DNA of 63,090 nt, the filler included, from Basidiobolus ranarum (lineage: Eukaryota), in the NCBI GenBank assembly GCA_040143965.1. It is 23 parts of 23 records of this genome, joined end to end, with 100 filler letters (N's around TTAATTAATTAA, not from the genome) between each part and the next. Parts side by side here need not be neighbours in the genome. Positions count along the whole stretch, not along the records: positions 33,043 to 35,689 come from JASJQH010009982.1; positions 35,790 to 38,435 come from JASJQH010009983.1; positions 38,536 to 41,180 come from JASJQH010009984.1; positions 41,281 to 43,924 come from JASJQH010009985.1; positions 44,025 to 46,668 come from JASJQH010009986.1; 18 more parts are not named here. One strand, 5' to 3'. Below the pieces are notes generated by a model, which worked only from the letters and a program-made list of their open reading frames with translations, was not told where the DNA came from and did not search any database. Each line of letters begins with the position of its first letter. The stretch's first letter is position 1. The position numbers and the translations under genes were made by a program. Below, in pieces: positions 33,370-44,902 of this stretch.

Positions 33370-34707
33370 TCACTTCAAGTCACCAAGGGCCTCCGCTATA
33401 GGGAGAATATTCTTGAGCCATTTTCTATTTTCTGCCGCATGAAGAGATTCTTTCCATTTCTTCAGTACAATGGCAGTGCTATCTTTAGCAAGATCCTTGA
33501 TGGAACCCTGAATTCCATTGGATTCAGCCATGCTGAGAAGTCCTGTTAGAGAGGCAATTGTACCAGCTACACCGATAGCAGATACCACTCCAGCTGGAAT
33601 GTTTCCTGTGGCGAAGAAACCGATGGTACTGACGATTCCACCAAGAACCATAGCTATGGAGGCTGGACTGATAGAAGTCGTATGCAGATCAACACTGCAG
33701 TCCATGATTTGCATAAACATATCTTGATCCCACCAATAAAAATCTGCATTCCAAAAATTTCCACCATGATTAAGGAAATGCCACTTGAGTGGATCTGGAT
33801 TGAATTGAAGATCTTTATCACAAGTATTTTCATATGGTTCTTTACCAGCACCACACCCAACAGTAGGTGAATCAAGAAAGGCAATCTTGAATCGCCCATC
33901 ATGCGGGACATCCAGCTCTGTGGCCTCGGTGTCAATCGGGATATCCAACTTCTTAACGGCTTTGCTGTAGCAATCAAACTTGGTTTTTTTGTCGGAGCTG
34001 CAGGTTGCCAAGAGCATGTAATTGATGTTGATGGCTTCTTTTAAGTTGATGCCATAGCTCCTCTCTTGATAGTATGGCATCTCTTGAACAAGGTTACCAT
34101 TGATACGATGAAGGTAGAATTTAGCATTCTTAGAGTCCTCAGTGAGCTCGTCAAAGATGCCAATTCCATCTAGAATTAAACCTCTCCCATCATCAACAGA
34201 TTGCAGCGCAATGTTACCATAGTTAGTCTTCTCAGTGATGATGAATATATAGCTATTCCATCTGTACCATAACCCCGCAGGCCCACTATTGGTGGGAACC
34301 ATATGCCAAGGTTTAATATCGCGATACAGTTTGTCCCCTAGGCGTATGGTTAACGGCTTGTTACGGTCCCAGTTGGCCACTGCTAGAACAATCAAATCAT
34401 GTAGATTGCGGTCATAAACCATTGTTTGTGGGGACCAGTATTCCTGTAGCTTATCTGGGTTACTTTCAAAGCGTGACTCCAAGACGTTGCGAATGCACTT
34501 GTCATAAGGGAGTTGGAAGCCTTTTTCGAACTCTGTTTGGAGTTTGACACTTCTAGGTACCAGGGAGTTTGTAGCATTGCATTTCATTGGTGGAGGTGTT
34601 GAATCCAGCAGGAGGTAACTTTCATCAGTAAGGTTAGCGCATCGAAGTCCTTCGAATACGCCACCATGTGCAACGGCTACCAGAGGGAGAAAAAAGAGCC
34701 AACGCAT
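33370..34707 (-). CDS. Uncharacterised secreted protein, 445 aa, with a C-terminal Gly/Ala-rich hydrophobic hairpin
   Basis: Intact intronless ORF, signal peptide MRWLFFLPLVAVAHG, 8 Cys, NLT/NAT sequons, TATATAAG about 70 bp upstream. Confidence 0.85.
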   Translation of the reverse strand: MRWLFFLPLVAVAHGGVFEGLRCANLTDESYLLLDSTPPPMKCNATNSLVPRSVKLQTEFEKGFQLPYDKCIRNVLESRFESNPDKLQEYWSPQTMVYDRNLHDLIVLAVANWDRNKPLTIRLGDKLYRDIKPWHMVPTNSGPAGLWYRWNSYIFIITEKTNYGNIALQSVDDGRGLILDGIGIFDELTEDSKNAKFYLHRINGNLVQEMPYYQERSYGINLKEAININYMLLATCSSDKKTKFDCYSKAVKKLDIPIDTEATELDVPHDGRFKIAFLDSPTVGCGAGKEPYENTCDKDLQFNPDPLKWHFLNHGGNFWNADFYWWDQDMFMQIMDCSVDLHTTSISPASIAMVLGGIVSTIGFFATGNIPAGVVSAIGVAGTIASLTGLLSMAESNGIQGSIKDLAKDSTAIVLKKWKESLHAAENRKWLKNILPIAEALGDLK

Positions 34708-34754
34708 ATTCAGTAAGTGTGAAAGTGAGCTGGGTAAAAGAACTTAAGATTCAT

Positions 34755-35456
34755 TGAAGGACGGTCGGTCAACCCTTATATATCTGGTGTACTGAACATC
34801 TTATGTTATCAAGATAATAACGTCATGGAAATGAAGACAAGAGACTGATGACAACATACTTTACTTCATGTCGCGCTTTGCTATAGTGTTTTAATCGCTT
34901 TGCTATCAACATCACACATTTGTTCCCGGAAAAGGAAGGCTGTAAGTAGTTAGTAGGCTGACAATTGATTTACTAATGATATGCTGCAATCCGAGGAAAG
35001 GACTTAGCAAGAAAAAGAGGTGTGAGGCTGATAATAATATACTTCGTATTCCCTTGCTAGCGTAAACAATTTACTTTTACGGCTTTCCCGGCCGACATCT
35101 ACAGAAATCAATCGTAGCAATACATGAAGGACGGTCAGTCAACCCTTATATATTTGATGTACTGAACATCTTATGTAATTAAGATAATAACGTAATGGAA
35201 ATGGATGCAAGAAACGCGCTTTGCTATTAATATGGTACTCTATAAATTTATTCCCGGAAAAGGAAAGCTATAGGTAGTTAGTAAGCTGACAATTGATTTG
35301 CTAATGATATGCTGTGACGCGAGGAAAGGTCTGCGCAGGAGAAAGAAGCTGTGGGGCTGACAATAATATACTTCGTATTCCCCTTGCTAGCGTAAACAAT
35401 TTACTTTTATGACTGTCCCAGCCGACATCTAAAGAAAATCAATGGTGGCAATACAT
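34755..35456. repeat. Tandem duplication of the proximal promoter (370-bp copy plus ~330-bp copy)
   Basis: TGAAGGACGGTC(G/A)GTCAACCCTTATATAT at 34755 and 35125. Both copies end in CAATACAT. Confidence 0.92.
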
Positions 35457-35789
35457 AAGCACAGTGTCGCTTTACTATAAAAGAAAAAGTACAATATGGA
35501 CCAATCAATAGTAATCAGATCCAGTGTAACTAACGATTAAGTTAAGAGCCTCAAACACTGCGTTTAGTTAGAACTAATACTGATGAATTGATGTAGCGAG
35601 TCATGTGGCAAGTGAATTTTGTGTACATCTGCTCCTTACCTAGTTATGTCCACATGCTTCAATCCGAGATAACCGATTTCTCCGCAAATNNNNNNNNNNN
35701 NNNNNNNNNNNNNNNNNNNNNNNNNNNNNNNNNTTAATTAATTAANNNNNNNNNNNNNNNNNNNNNNNNNNNNNNNNNNNNNNNNNNNN

Positions 35790-36228
35790 TTGCAGGGTAT
35801 CTGCCAGATAGCTGGAAGAATGTTGATTCAGCAGCATTGATACAATGGTGGGCTTTGATGGAGATATTCCTACAAACCTGTGTTGGGTATGAGCTAAACC
35901 TTGGGTATGAAGAACTCTATAAAATATTCAGGAGAATATATCAAGGAGACTAGGGATTTCAAAGGTGACAAATTAGCACTCAAGTGGAAATTGTGTAAAA
36001 TTTGAGTTATGTTTTTTATACATGTGTTGATCCATAGTTCTCTGAGATTGTAGCCAATCTTGTGCTACTATTTTGCAAGATCTTGAAATTTCACTCCCAA
36101 AACTGAAAAGACTGATTAAAATCAAATCTAACTTGACAATTTTATGATGGTAAGTAAATGGTCAATCTCAAATGAATTAAAATTGAGATGGTTTTCCTAC
36201 AATAACAATCCTCAAATTTCTGTCAGGG
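35790..36228 (-). mobile_element. CACTA/CMC element left end (reverse orientation) with ORF1 3' remnant
   Basis: Reverse complement of 45927-46360, terminating ...TTTCTGTCAGGG. Confidence 0.75.
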
Positions 36229-38435
36229 TCAATCTCTTTGAATTAAACCTTGCTACCAGAGCAAAGGTCTGTGTATAATCTACTCCTGGTGTTTTGAAAT
36301 ACCTTTGGCTACTAGTCTAGCCTTGTACCTTCCTATATTTCCATCAGAGTTGTAGTTAACTTGAAATGCTCATTGGCAGCCAATTGATTTTCTATCATCA
36401 GGTAAGTTGGCTAAAATCCAAGTTTGATTATCAATCAATGCCTGGTACTCATCAGCCATTGTGGAACCCCAAAATTTCTTTTGAGGGCCATTCAGGGCCT
36501 CTTTCACAGTCTGGGTTTCATGTATTTGAGCTGTGCAGGCATATTTGATTTGCTTGTTTGGGATAAAGGTACTACAACTTCTGGCATTGTATTGGGCACT
36601 TCTTTGGGCAAATGTTTGGTTGAAGGGTCCACAGGAGTGCTATTTTCTTAATTGATTTGGTTTGAATGAATATGAATGATTGGATCATCATCTGAGGTCA
36701 TTCTGGGTGAAACCTTTTCATATTCATTAAACAAAACATCCCTGGACTTGATTAATTTGGAAATTTTGGTATCATAGAATCCGCAGGTCTTAGTTTAATT
36801 ACAATAACCCAGAAATATGCATTTCTTACTTTTTGGATCAAATGTAGACTGATTTTTGGTTGTAATTTTGACATAAGCAATGCATCCAAAGATCCTCAAA
36901 TGTTTTACATTAGGTTTCACTCCATACAAGCTTGATATGGTGTAGAGTTATACAGACTTCTAGTAAAACTCCTTTTCTCTAGATATACAGCTGTAGAAAC
37001 AGATTCTGCTCAAAAGTAATGAGATAAATTTTATGTATTTATCATAGATCTTGCCAATTCTATTACAGTCATGTTGGTGCTTTCAGCAACTCCATTTTGC
37101 TGAGGTGAACAGGGGGCAATAGTTTCTTGCTTAATTCCATGAACTTTGCAAAAGTGCTTAAATAACATTTAAGTATACTCTCCACCATTATCTGTACATA
37201 TTTTCTTGATTTTAGTTCCAGTTTCAGTATCCACAAGTGTTTTAAACTCTCTAAAGATAGAGAGAGCTTCTTCTTTTCCTTCCATAAAGTAGACCCAAGT
37301 ATATCTTGTATAATCATCAATAAATGTGATTTAATATCTTTTTCCACCTAAAGATAAATTTTGCATAGGTCCACCCAAATCTAATTGAAATAGATCAAAT
37401 TTTTTAACCAATTTGAATAAACCAGAGCTCTTGAACAGTTGCCTGGCTTATTTTCCATAGATGCAACCCTCACAAATTTCCACTTTGGTTGGGGATTAAC
37501 TTGAATTTCAGAAATTAGGTGATTTTGATCATTTTGCTCAAATAATCAAATGCAATTTGGCAAAATTCATTAAGCCATAATTGAATAGTTTCCTGATTGC
37601 AATGACTTATATTCAGACAAAAACCTCTTGAATTATATGTAAGTTTGAATAAGTTTTGATCATTTTCTCCCAAAGCTCAGTAATTCCCATTTTGATTAGT
37701 GATGGTGCATCATGACTTATCAAAATTGAATTTTAGCCCTTCTGAGATGGCCTTGCATACAGATATTAAATTCTTGGCAATATCTGGAACACATGGTATA
37801 TCCTTGAAAGTATATACTTTCCCTTCAGACATTCCAGTTGAAGTGACTTGAATTGTTCTCATTCCAATAGCTTCCAATGTGTAGTCATGTCCCATGAAAA
37901 CCTATCTAGTTGGGATTTCTTTATAAACAACAAACCAACGCTTTTAATTCGTGAGATGTTGGGAAGCTCCAGAATAAACATATCATGTCTGAGAGTCCTT
38001 GTTGGTAGTCATAGATAGAGCAGATATGAACAAGTGATCTTCTGTTGTAACCACATTCACATATTCATTACATTTTTCTTCTTTTACAATTCTTTTATAC
38101 CAATCTTTGCTTAAATGGCCAATTCATTTACAATAATCACAGAATGGGTTACTTTTCCTCTTAAAGGGCTTTTGACCTCAATAGGAAGGTTTCCCATAGC
38201 CTATTAATGTTGAAGTTTATTGTCTTTATTGTAGCTTACAAGAAAAGAGATAAGAAGGCCTTTAATGTCATTTGTCAAGGTTTGAAGGATTCACAACTTG
38301 TGAATATTCAATATGCAAAGACTTCCCATCAAGCTTGGACTATATGTCACAATAAGGAACTGGACAAGGACTGGAAACAATGACAAGAGGCTAGAAGGCA
38401 GGAGAGTACTTGGGTGTAGACCACAAGACAAGACA
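36229..38435 (-). mobile_element. Ty1/copia internal remnant (zinc knuckle, protease, integrase, RT start), followed by an LTR-B stub, a gag scrap and an LTR-F end
   Basis: CDYCKE.GHLSKDW, YSGASQHLTN, DLGGPMQ, QQNGVAE, KCIFLGYC, YKARLVAKG. Confidence 0.88.
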
Positions 38436-38535
38436 NNNNNNNNNNNNNNNNNNNNNNNNNNNNNNNNNNNNNNNNNNNNTTAATTAATTAANNNNNNNNN
38501 NNNNNNNNNNNNNNNNNNNNNNNNNNNNNNNNNNN

Positions 38536-38820
38536 GGCTAAAGCATCTGTGACGGACTTGTCGCATCGTGGAGCAGTGCACGTTGTATCTAGAAGAGAGG
38601 TGTACTGATCCATTTTGACAGACTCATAGTTCTACCAATCAATAGAGCTAGCTTGTGACCAGATCTGACTGAAAGGAAGACAAGGCTCATTGCCAGTCAC
38701 GATGGAGAGCAGTGATTGTTTGCATGTATCCGAGAGTTGTCCAAATGCTGTGTCTACGGGGGCAGCATTGATGGAAAGTAGAGAAGCAGCAATCAAGGCA
38801 ATAGAGAGATTGAATTTCAT
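38536..38820 (-). pseudogene. Secreted Cys-rich protein paralog 1 (5' half; in-frame TAG at 38632-38634)
   Basis: Near-identical to 39538-40140, but GAG>TAG in DWENY. Truncated by the contig end. Confidence 0.65.
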
Positions 38821-39537
38821 ATTGAAAGGAAACAAACAAAACTTCAGATGTGGTTGGTGTTGTTATGAAGTGTAAAGTAAGCGACTAAGAAAGTGTTGTT
38901 GTACGGACAAAGAAATTGGTAATCCATTTATAGAGTCCTTAATAGAGGTGCCTGATGAGCCCATGCCAAGTTAAGCGAACAGCAGATTGGGCTGGTTCTA
39001 TAGAAATATGGGCTGTGATACTTGGTACTGTGTTTCAATAACAATTTTTATTATGACGTAAGTGTTCTTTCTTTCCTTGAGCAAACATTCGAAGGTAAGG
39101 TATGTATGTAACCTTGGCATTGTAATACTATCGAGTTATACTGAGGCATATCACCATGCCTTTTGATGCCATTAATTGACAGATTGCAAACTATGACCGC
39201 TACATTTACTTTCCTTGTACACTAGTCTATCCAACTACGGAAAAAGTATGGTCATTACTATACTGTAGTTGTGTATTCAACACATGCTTAATATCTTCGA
39301 ATGTATGTTAACATTGATTCTGCCATTAATAAGGAGTGTTCATTCATACAAAATGATGATAGCTTTGGCCTTTAGCGAGTATTAATGAGTTAATTTGCTC
39401 AGTACAGGGAAGTAAACTTACTATCTGTAATATAACTCGTAACCAAGAATGAGACTGAAATTTGAATATAACTTTAATGATATAAAATGTGTGATGTGCG
39501 AGTTGACGAGTTAAGTACATATGAATGATATGAATGA

Positions 39538-40140
39538 TTAGAAATTACATCTTTCTTTTACTTGGGAGACATCTGTCATATTTGCAAATAGATCTGAGTA
39601 ACTGTCAGAGTACTGGTCATATACTTTTACCCAGTTTTGGACACATTCAGTGCACAATTTCTCATCTGGAATATCCTGCAGATCCACATCTTGATGGCCC
39701 TTTAGTTCGTCTCCCTCTACAATAAGGCAGTACTGCTGCTGTGAGTTCTGGGCACACTCGATAGCTACCAGCGGCTCGTAGTTCTTGAATGCATACTCGA
39801 GTATCTTGACCACTATCTGTGAAGAGTCTTCAGAGCAATCAGTTTGAACTTTGGTGGCTAGAGCATCTGTGACGGACTTGTCGCATCGTGGAGCAGTGCA
39901 CGTTGTATCCAGAAGAGAGGTGTACTGGTCCATTTTGACAGACTCATAGTTCTCCCAATCAATAGAGCTAGCTTGTGACCAGATCTGACTGAAGGGAAGA
40001 CAAGGCTCATTGCCAGTCACAATGGAAAGCAGTGATTGTTTGCATGTGCTTGAAAGCTGGCCAAGCATGTTGTCAACTGGGGCAGCATTGGCCAACAGAA
40101 TAGAAGTAGCGATCAGTGCGAAGGATAGAGTGAATTTCAT
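39538..40140 (-). CDS. Secreted acidic 10-Cys protein, 200 aa (paralog 2, complete)
   Basis: Signal peptide ending ANA-AP. Motifs LSSTC, CLPFS, CTAPRC, YC, LCTEC. Intronless, with paralogs on both sides. Confidence 0.9.
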   Translation of the reverse strand: MKFTLSFALIATSILLANAAPVDNMLGQLSSTCKQSLLSIVTGNEPCLPFSQIWSQASSIDWENYESVKMDQYTSLLDTTCTAPRCDKSVTDALATKVQTDCSEDSSQIVVKILEYAFKNYEPLVAIECAQNSQQQYCLIVEGDELKGHQDVDLQDIPDEKLCTECVQNWVKVYDQYSDSYSDLFANMTDVSQVKERCNF

Positions 40141-40873
40141 AGTAGAAGCAAGGAATATACGAGATATGCTGGTGTTGATTTGGCTAATAGTTCTTAAAAG
40201 TTCAGTAATGGAAGTGAAGCGCTTTGCTTGTTGGGATGATAAAGAAGTAGACGGTGCCTTTGTAGAATATATATCCTGGAATCTCCTAAGCCGTCAGGAA
40301 ATTTAGTGTTCGATGAATGGGCTGAATATGTAGTTTCGATTCAGCATTGATCTTGGCAACATTGCTAAATTAATCAACCATCGAAGCAACGTAAATGGCT
40401 GGTAGATCAATCTATTTGTGCCTCGTAACTACGGAGAATGATGTCATTGACATAAATGATTTTCATCCAAATTGCACGCTATGCAAGCTTTGCTTGTGGC
40501 TTGATTCATTACTGTTAGATTTTTCTCTTCAGGATACTATGGTTGCGCATTACCGGTTTACCACAAATTCAAGCCTGATTGTAAATATCTCTAGGTTACA
40601 GGATGACCAGTTGCTCAGCCTATATTTCTCTATCAGTACACTTCGTAATACTATAGAGTCTATAGTGAATAATATTATGCAGTGTTAAATAGTATTTATT
40701 GGATATAAAAAATCAATATTCTGATGTTCATATGAATTTAGCAACTTAGTGTAGAACTGAAATTCAGTCAACGATTTTTGTATAGTGCAGTAACAAGAGT
40801 CATGATGATGTTGGTAAGTGTGACGTAGTATGTAGAGAGACATGAACTAAATGCTGGGGGAGAGTAGGTGTCA

Positions 40874-41180
40874 TCAGAAGTTACATCTTTCTTTTACTTG
40901 GGAAACATCGGTCACATTGGCAAACATATCCGAATAGCTGTCAGAGTACTGGTCATATACTTTTACCCAGTTCTGGACACATTCGGTGCATAGTTTATCA
41001 TCTGGAATATCCTGTAGGTCTACATCTTGATGGTCCTTTAGCTCGTCTCCCTCTATAATAAGGCAGTATTGCTGCTGTGAGTTCTGGGCACACTCGATAG
41101 CTACCAGCGGCTCGTAGTTCTTGAATGCATACTCGAGTATCTTGACCACTATCTGTGAAGAGTCTTCAGAGCAATCAGTT
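40874..41180 (-). CDS. Secreted 10-Cys protein paralog 3 (3' half)
   Basis: Near-identical C-terminal half with mostly synonymous differences. Truncated by the contig end. Confidence 0.88.
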
Positions 41181-41280
41181 NNNNNNNNNNNNNNNNNNNN
41201 NNNNNNNNNNNNNNNNNNNNNNNNTTAATTAATTAANNNNNNNNNNNNNNNNNNNNNNNNNNNNNNNNNNNNNNNNNNNN

Positions 41281-41594
41281 AGATGGATAAGTACCATCCT
41301 GGTTACTTCGGTAATGTTGGTATGCGTCAATTCCATTTGACCCGTAACCAACACTACCGCCCCGTGGTTAACCTCGACAAATTGTGGACTTTGGTTTCCG
41401 AACAAACCCGTGTCAAGTACGCTGATAACAAGGAAATCGTTCCTGTTATTGACACTCTTCGTGCCGGTTTCGGTAAGGTTCTCGGCAAGGGTCGTCTTCC
41501 TGAGCAACCCGTTATCGTCAAGGCTCGTTATGTTTCTCGTCGTGCTGAAGAGAAGATTAAGCAAACTGGTGGTGTCGTTGTTCTTACTGCTTAA
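41281..41594 (+). CDS. RPL28: 60S ribosomal protein uL15 (L27a / yeast L28), 5'-truncated
   Basis: [40 protein letters not shown]. Strong codon bias. Confidence 0.96.
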
Positions 41595-42530
41595 GTTTTT
41601 CCTTTGTATTGAGAATGCTTTCCCATTACAAATGACCCCTAGAATTTTGCTTATTAAATAAATATTGTGAAATACAATTTATGTTGTCATTTTACATTTT
41701 TTGTAGAAATACTGTCAGTACGAAGTGGCATCTAGCCAAGCCCATGAAGAAGATACAAATGAACCCCAAAAACAATATCTAAAAGTGATGGTTAAGAAAA
41801 AGCAACAATGCTTAGCATATCTGATTGACTAAACAGATCTCTCAAACCAGTAATAAATTTATCAAATATTTTAACAACGAACTTTAAACGCATATCTAAA
41901 AGGTTATCTCATTTGAGAGTATGAATTACTATTTCTATATAGATATGTATATATAATCATGAATTTCTCTCCTTTCGTAATCACTCCTTTGAGGATATAT
42001 ATTGTTCATATTTGCAACGTGGACAGCTTTCAGCAAGAAACAGCAGTTTTCTTCCCAGGGTCCACACTAAATCTGATACCCATGGAGGCTGAAATGGATT
42101 TTCAAATCTAAAAACAAAACCAAAGAAATTGGTGTTATTAAATGTGGTAATGACGTACACTTTTATTATGCAGAAGTCAATCAACTAATCTTAAAGATAT
42201 ATACAGATTGAACAATTATATTTACATATCAGCACATATCGTTTATTTTCTTAGTTCATAAATCTTACATATCAGTCGTTATACTCTTAGTTGGTGAATC
42301 TTATCGATGCTCCGAAATGTGTACAAAATAGTAACCGATTAGCCATTAAAGCTCAAACCTACACCACCAATCAGGGGTTCTCCACCAACGCAGTGGCGTA
42401 TTGAACAGTTTATAAGAATATAACGTATAAACCATGGAAGGGCCTTGATACCGCGTGCATTCCTCTACTTCTGCTCGTTTTCCCTTGATTGGAGTTGGTT
42501 TTGTAGAGATCAGAGTATAATTACTAACAT

Positions 42531-43112
42531 ATGCCTTACACGAATCAACGTCATAAAGTCGTATTGCTTGGAGACGGAGCAGTTGGTAAAACCGCATTGA
42601 CAGTTCAACTTTGCTCAGCTCACTTTCTTGAAACTTATAACCCAACTATTGAGCATTGCTCTCATACCCAAGCAGTAATTGATAATAAACCGTGTTTACT
42701 GGAGATTCTAGATACAGCTGGACATCAAGAGTTCACCACATTACGAGATCAGTGGATTCGAGAGGGTGAAGGTTTCCTACTGGTTTATTGTATCGCGGCC
42801 CGATCGAGTTTCGAACATGTTGAAGTGATTCGCAATGAAATCGCTAAAGTGCGTGATATCAGTAAGACACCAATCCTGCTTGTTGGAAACAAATGCGATA
42901 AAAGCTCAGAGCGAGAGGTATCTCAATTTGAGGGACACGCATTAGCCAAGCGTATGGGATGTCAATTCATCGAGAGTTCAGCCAAGACCGCGGTCAATGT
43001 GGAGATAATCTTTCATCGGATGGTCCGTATGATGCGATCGAATAATGAGGAATATTATCGAAAGAAAATGTGTCCCATTAACAAAATGAGACTAAAGTGC
43101 GCACTAATGTAA
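42531..43112 (+). CDS. Ras-family GTPase (fungal Ras2/RasB-like, divergent), intronless
   Basis: GDGAVGKT, DTAG, LRDQWIREGEGF, NKCD, ESSAK, CaaX CALM. Confidence 0.95.
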   Translation: MPYTNQRHKVVLLGDGAVGKTALTVQLCSAHFLETYNPTIEHCSHTQAVIDNKPCLLEILDTAGHQEFTTLRDQWIREGEGFLLVYCIAARSSFEHVEVIRNEIAKVRDISKTPILLVGNKCDKSSEREVSQFEGHALAKRMGCQFIESSAKTAVNVEIIFHRMVRMMRSNNEEYYRKKMCPINKMRLKCALM

Positions 43113-43676
43113 ATACCTAACCAGCATTGTACTTATTTAGTCTAATAGATGTAGCATGATCAAAACTCACCTCAAAACCCACCTTTATCTTGCCAGTCCA
43201 CTTTTACCTTGCTAGTAAACATATATATATATGCAAATATCAATTCGGTCAAATTAAATTTTCAATTTCTCAGATAAGATATGTTCTGGGTCCATCTATC
43301 CATATATTCTATAGAATCACGAGTACTTAAATGTGGTGGTTGAGTCTTGCAAATAAGTACCCCATTATTCTTTACCATATTGGCCAATCCTGTTGTTTGC
43401 TCACTATTTTTGGATTAGATTTTGGAACCTTTAACAGGCTTAGATACACCCTTAGATCAACCACCTCGTGTTACCTTAGCCTGAACCTATGGGCTTAAAG
43501 AATGATAGTGGCGTTTGTGTTTTCACACCTCGTATTTAGAACTAAAGGTTTTCGTGACAGGAAAAATTGTAGAATGGCAAATGGGTATATTTATTATACA
43601 TTTTAAAATACAAATGGCTATACATAGGGTTTCTATTTTTACAGTTTCCTAAGTGTTTACAATTCAGTTAAACGAA

Positions 43677-43924
43677 TTACATCAAATGACATTTACTCCT
43701 CATCTTGTTAACGGAGCACATCTTTCGAGGTGACTCTTCGTCATTATTGGAACGCATCATGCGAACAATTCGGTGGAAAGTTTTCTCCACGTTTACTGCT
43801 GTCTTGGCCGAACTCTCGATGAATTGGCATCCCATACGCTTGGCTAATGCATGTCCCTCAAATTGAGATACCTCTCGCTCTGAGCTTCTATCGCATTTGT
43901 TTCCAACTAGCAGTATTGGTGTCT
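43677..43924 (-). CDS. Second Ras paralog, 3' part, tail-to-tail with the first; absent from the ORF track
   Basis: TPILLVGNKCDRSSEREVSQFEGHALAKRMGCQFIESSAKTAVNVEKTFHRIVRMMRSNNDEESPRKMCSVNKMRSKCHLM*. Confidence 0.93.
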
Positions 43925-44902
43925 NNNNNNNNNNNNNNNNNNNNNNNNNNNNNNNNNNNNNNNNNNNNTTAATTAATTAANNNNNNNNNNNNNNNNNNNN
44001 NNNNNNNNNNNNNNNNNNNNNNNNCAAAAGTGCCTCACCTTTGGGAAGCCTTAGCTATGTTCCAGCACTTCAAAGTAATTGAAGAGAGCAAATTAGCACA
44101 AAAAACAAAGGTGCCCAGTAGAGATAATTTATAAGAACACTGCCCTAACAAGCTTGCTATTTTATGCTCTAAATATGAAATTAAGCAACATATTACTGTT
44201 TCTGATATTGCACAGCAAAACAGAGATGCTTCATGTGCTAAAAAACCATATTGGAGATGGCAAGATTAACATTAAATGATCAAAAGTTATAATACCAATT
44301 TTTGATTAATTTAGTCGCCACTGCAGTCAACATCAAAAAAGATGATAAACAGCATTGCTAAATATTATACTCCATTTGTAGCCCTACATGGATCAAAACC
44401 ATGTTTGGAACATCCCAGGATCCTTGGTTGTGCCACACACCACCAAATTCTAGCTCAAAAACACTCTAAATAACAGTCCAAAAGCAACTAAAGTGTTCAT
44501 TGTTTGTTGCTGTGCTGAATCTGATGCTTGCAAGCTGTAGGAGACTAAAATGGTAGAGTTAATCAAGAGTAAAGATGTAATTTGATGAGAAAAGCTAATT
44601 TTCATCCTAAATCAAAGCTCTTGAATTACATAAGAAATTCAGTAATGTTCAGGATGTTTTTGACAAAATTGTGATTTGTTCTGTGCTCAATTTAATGAAA
44701 TATTTGGTCCCAGTCACAGTAGAGGATTCTTCAGGACTTTGCAGGACATCCAGAAGGATAAAGAAGCCAGGGAACTGTTGCAATACATTTTATCATAATG
44801 GTTATATTTAAGCACCATGCTGTGAAAATCCATGGGCTTTACATCAAGTTCTGGAAAGTCCAGAATCAAAACTATTTGAAATAGCAATGGTAAATATATA
44901 TC

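Noticed and set aside
41281-41340. Unusual uL15 residues (GNVGMRQF versus GKVGMRYF)
   Set aside because: Within 60 bp of the contig edge, so it cannot be distinguished from error or ordinary divergence.
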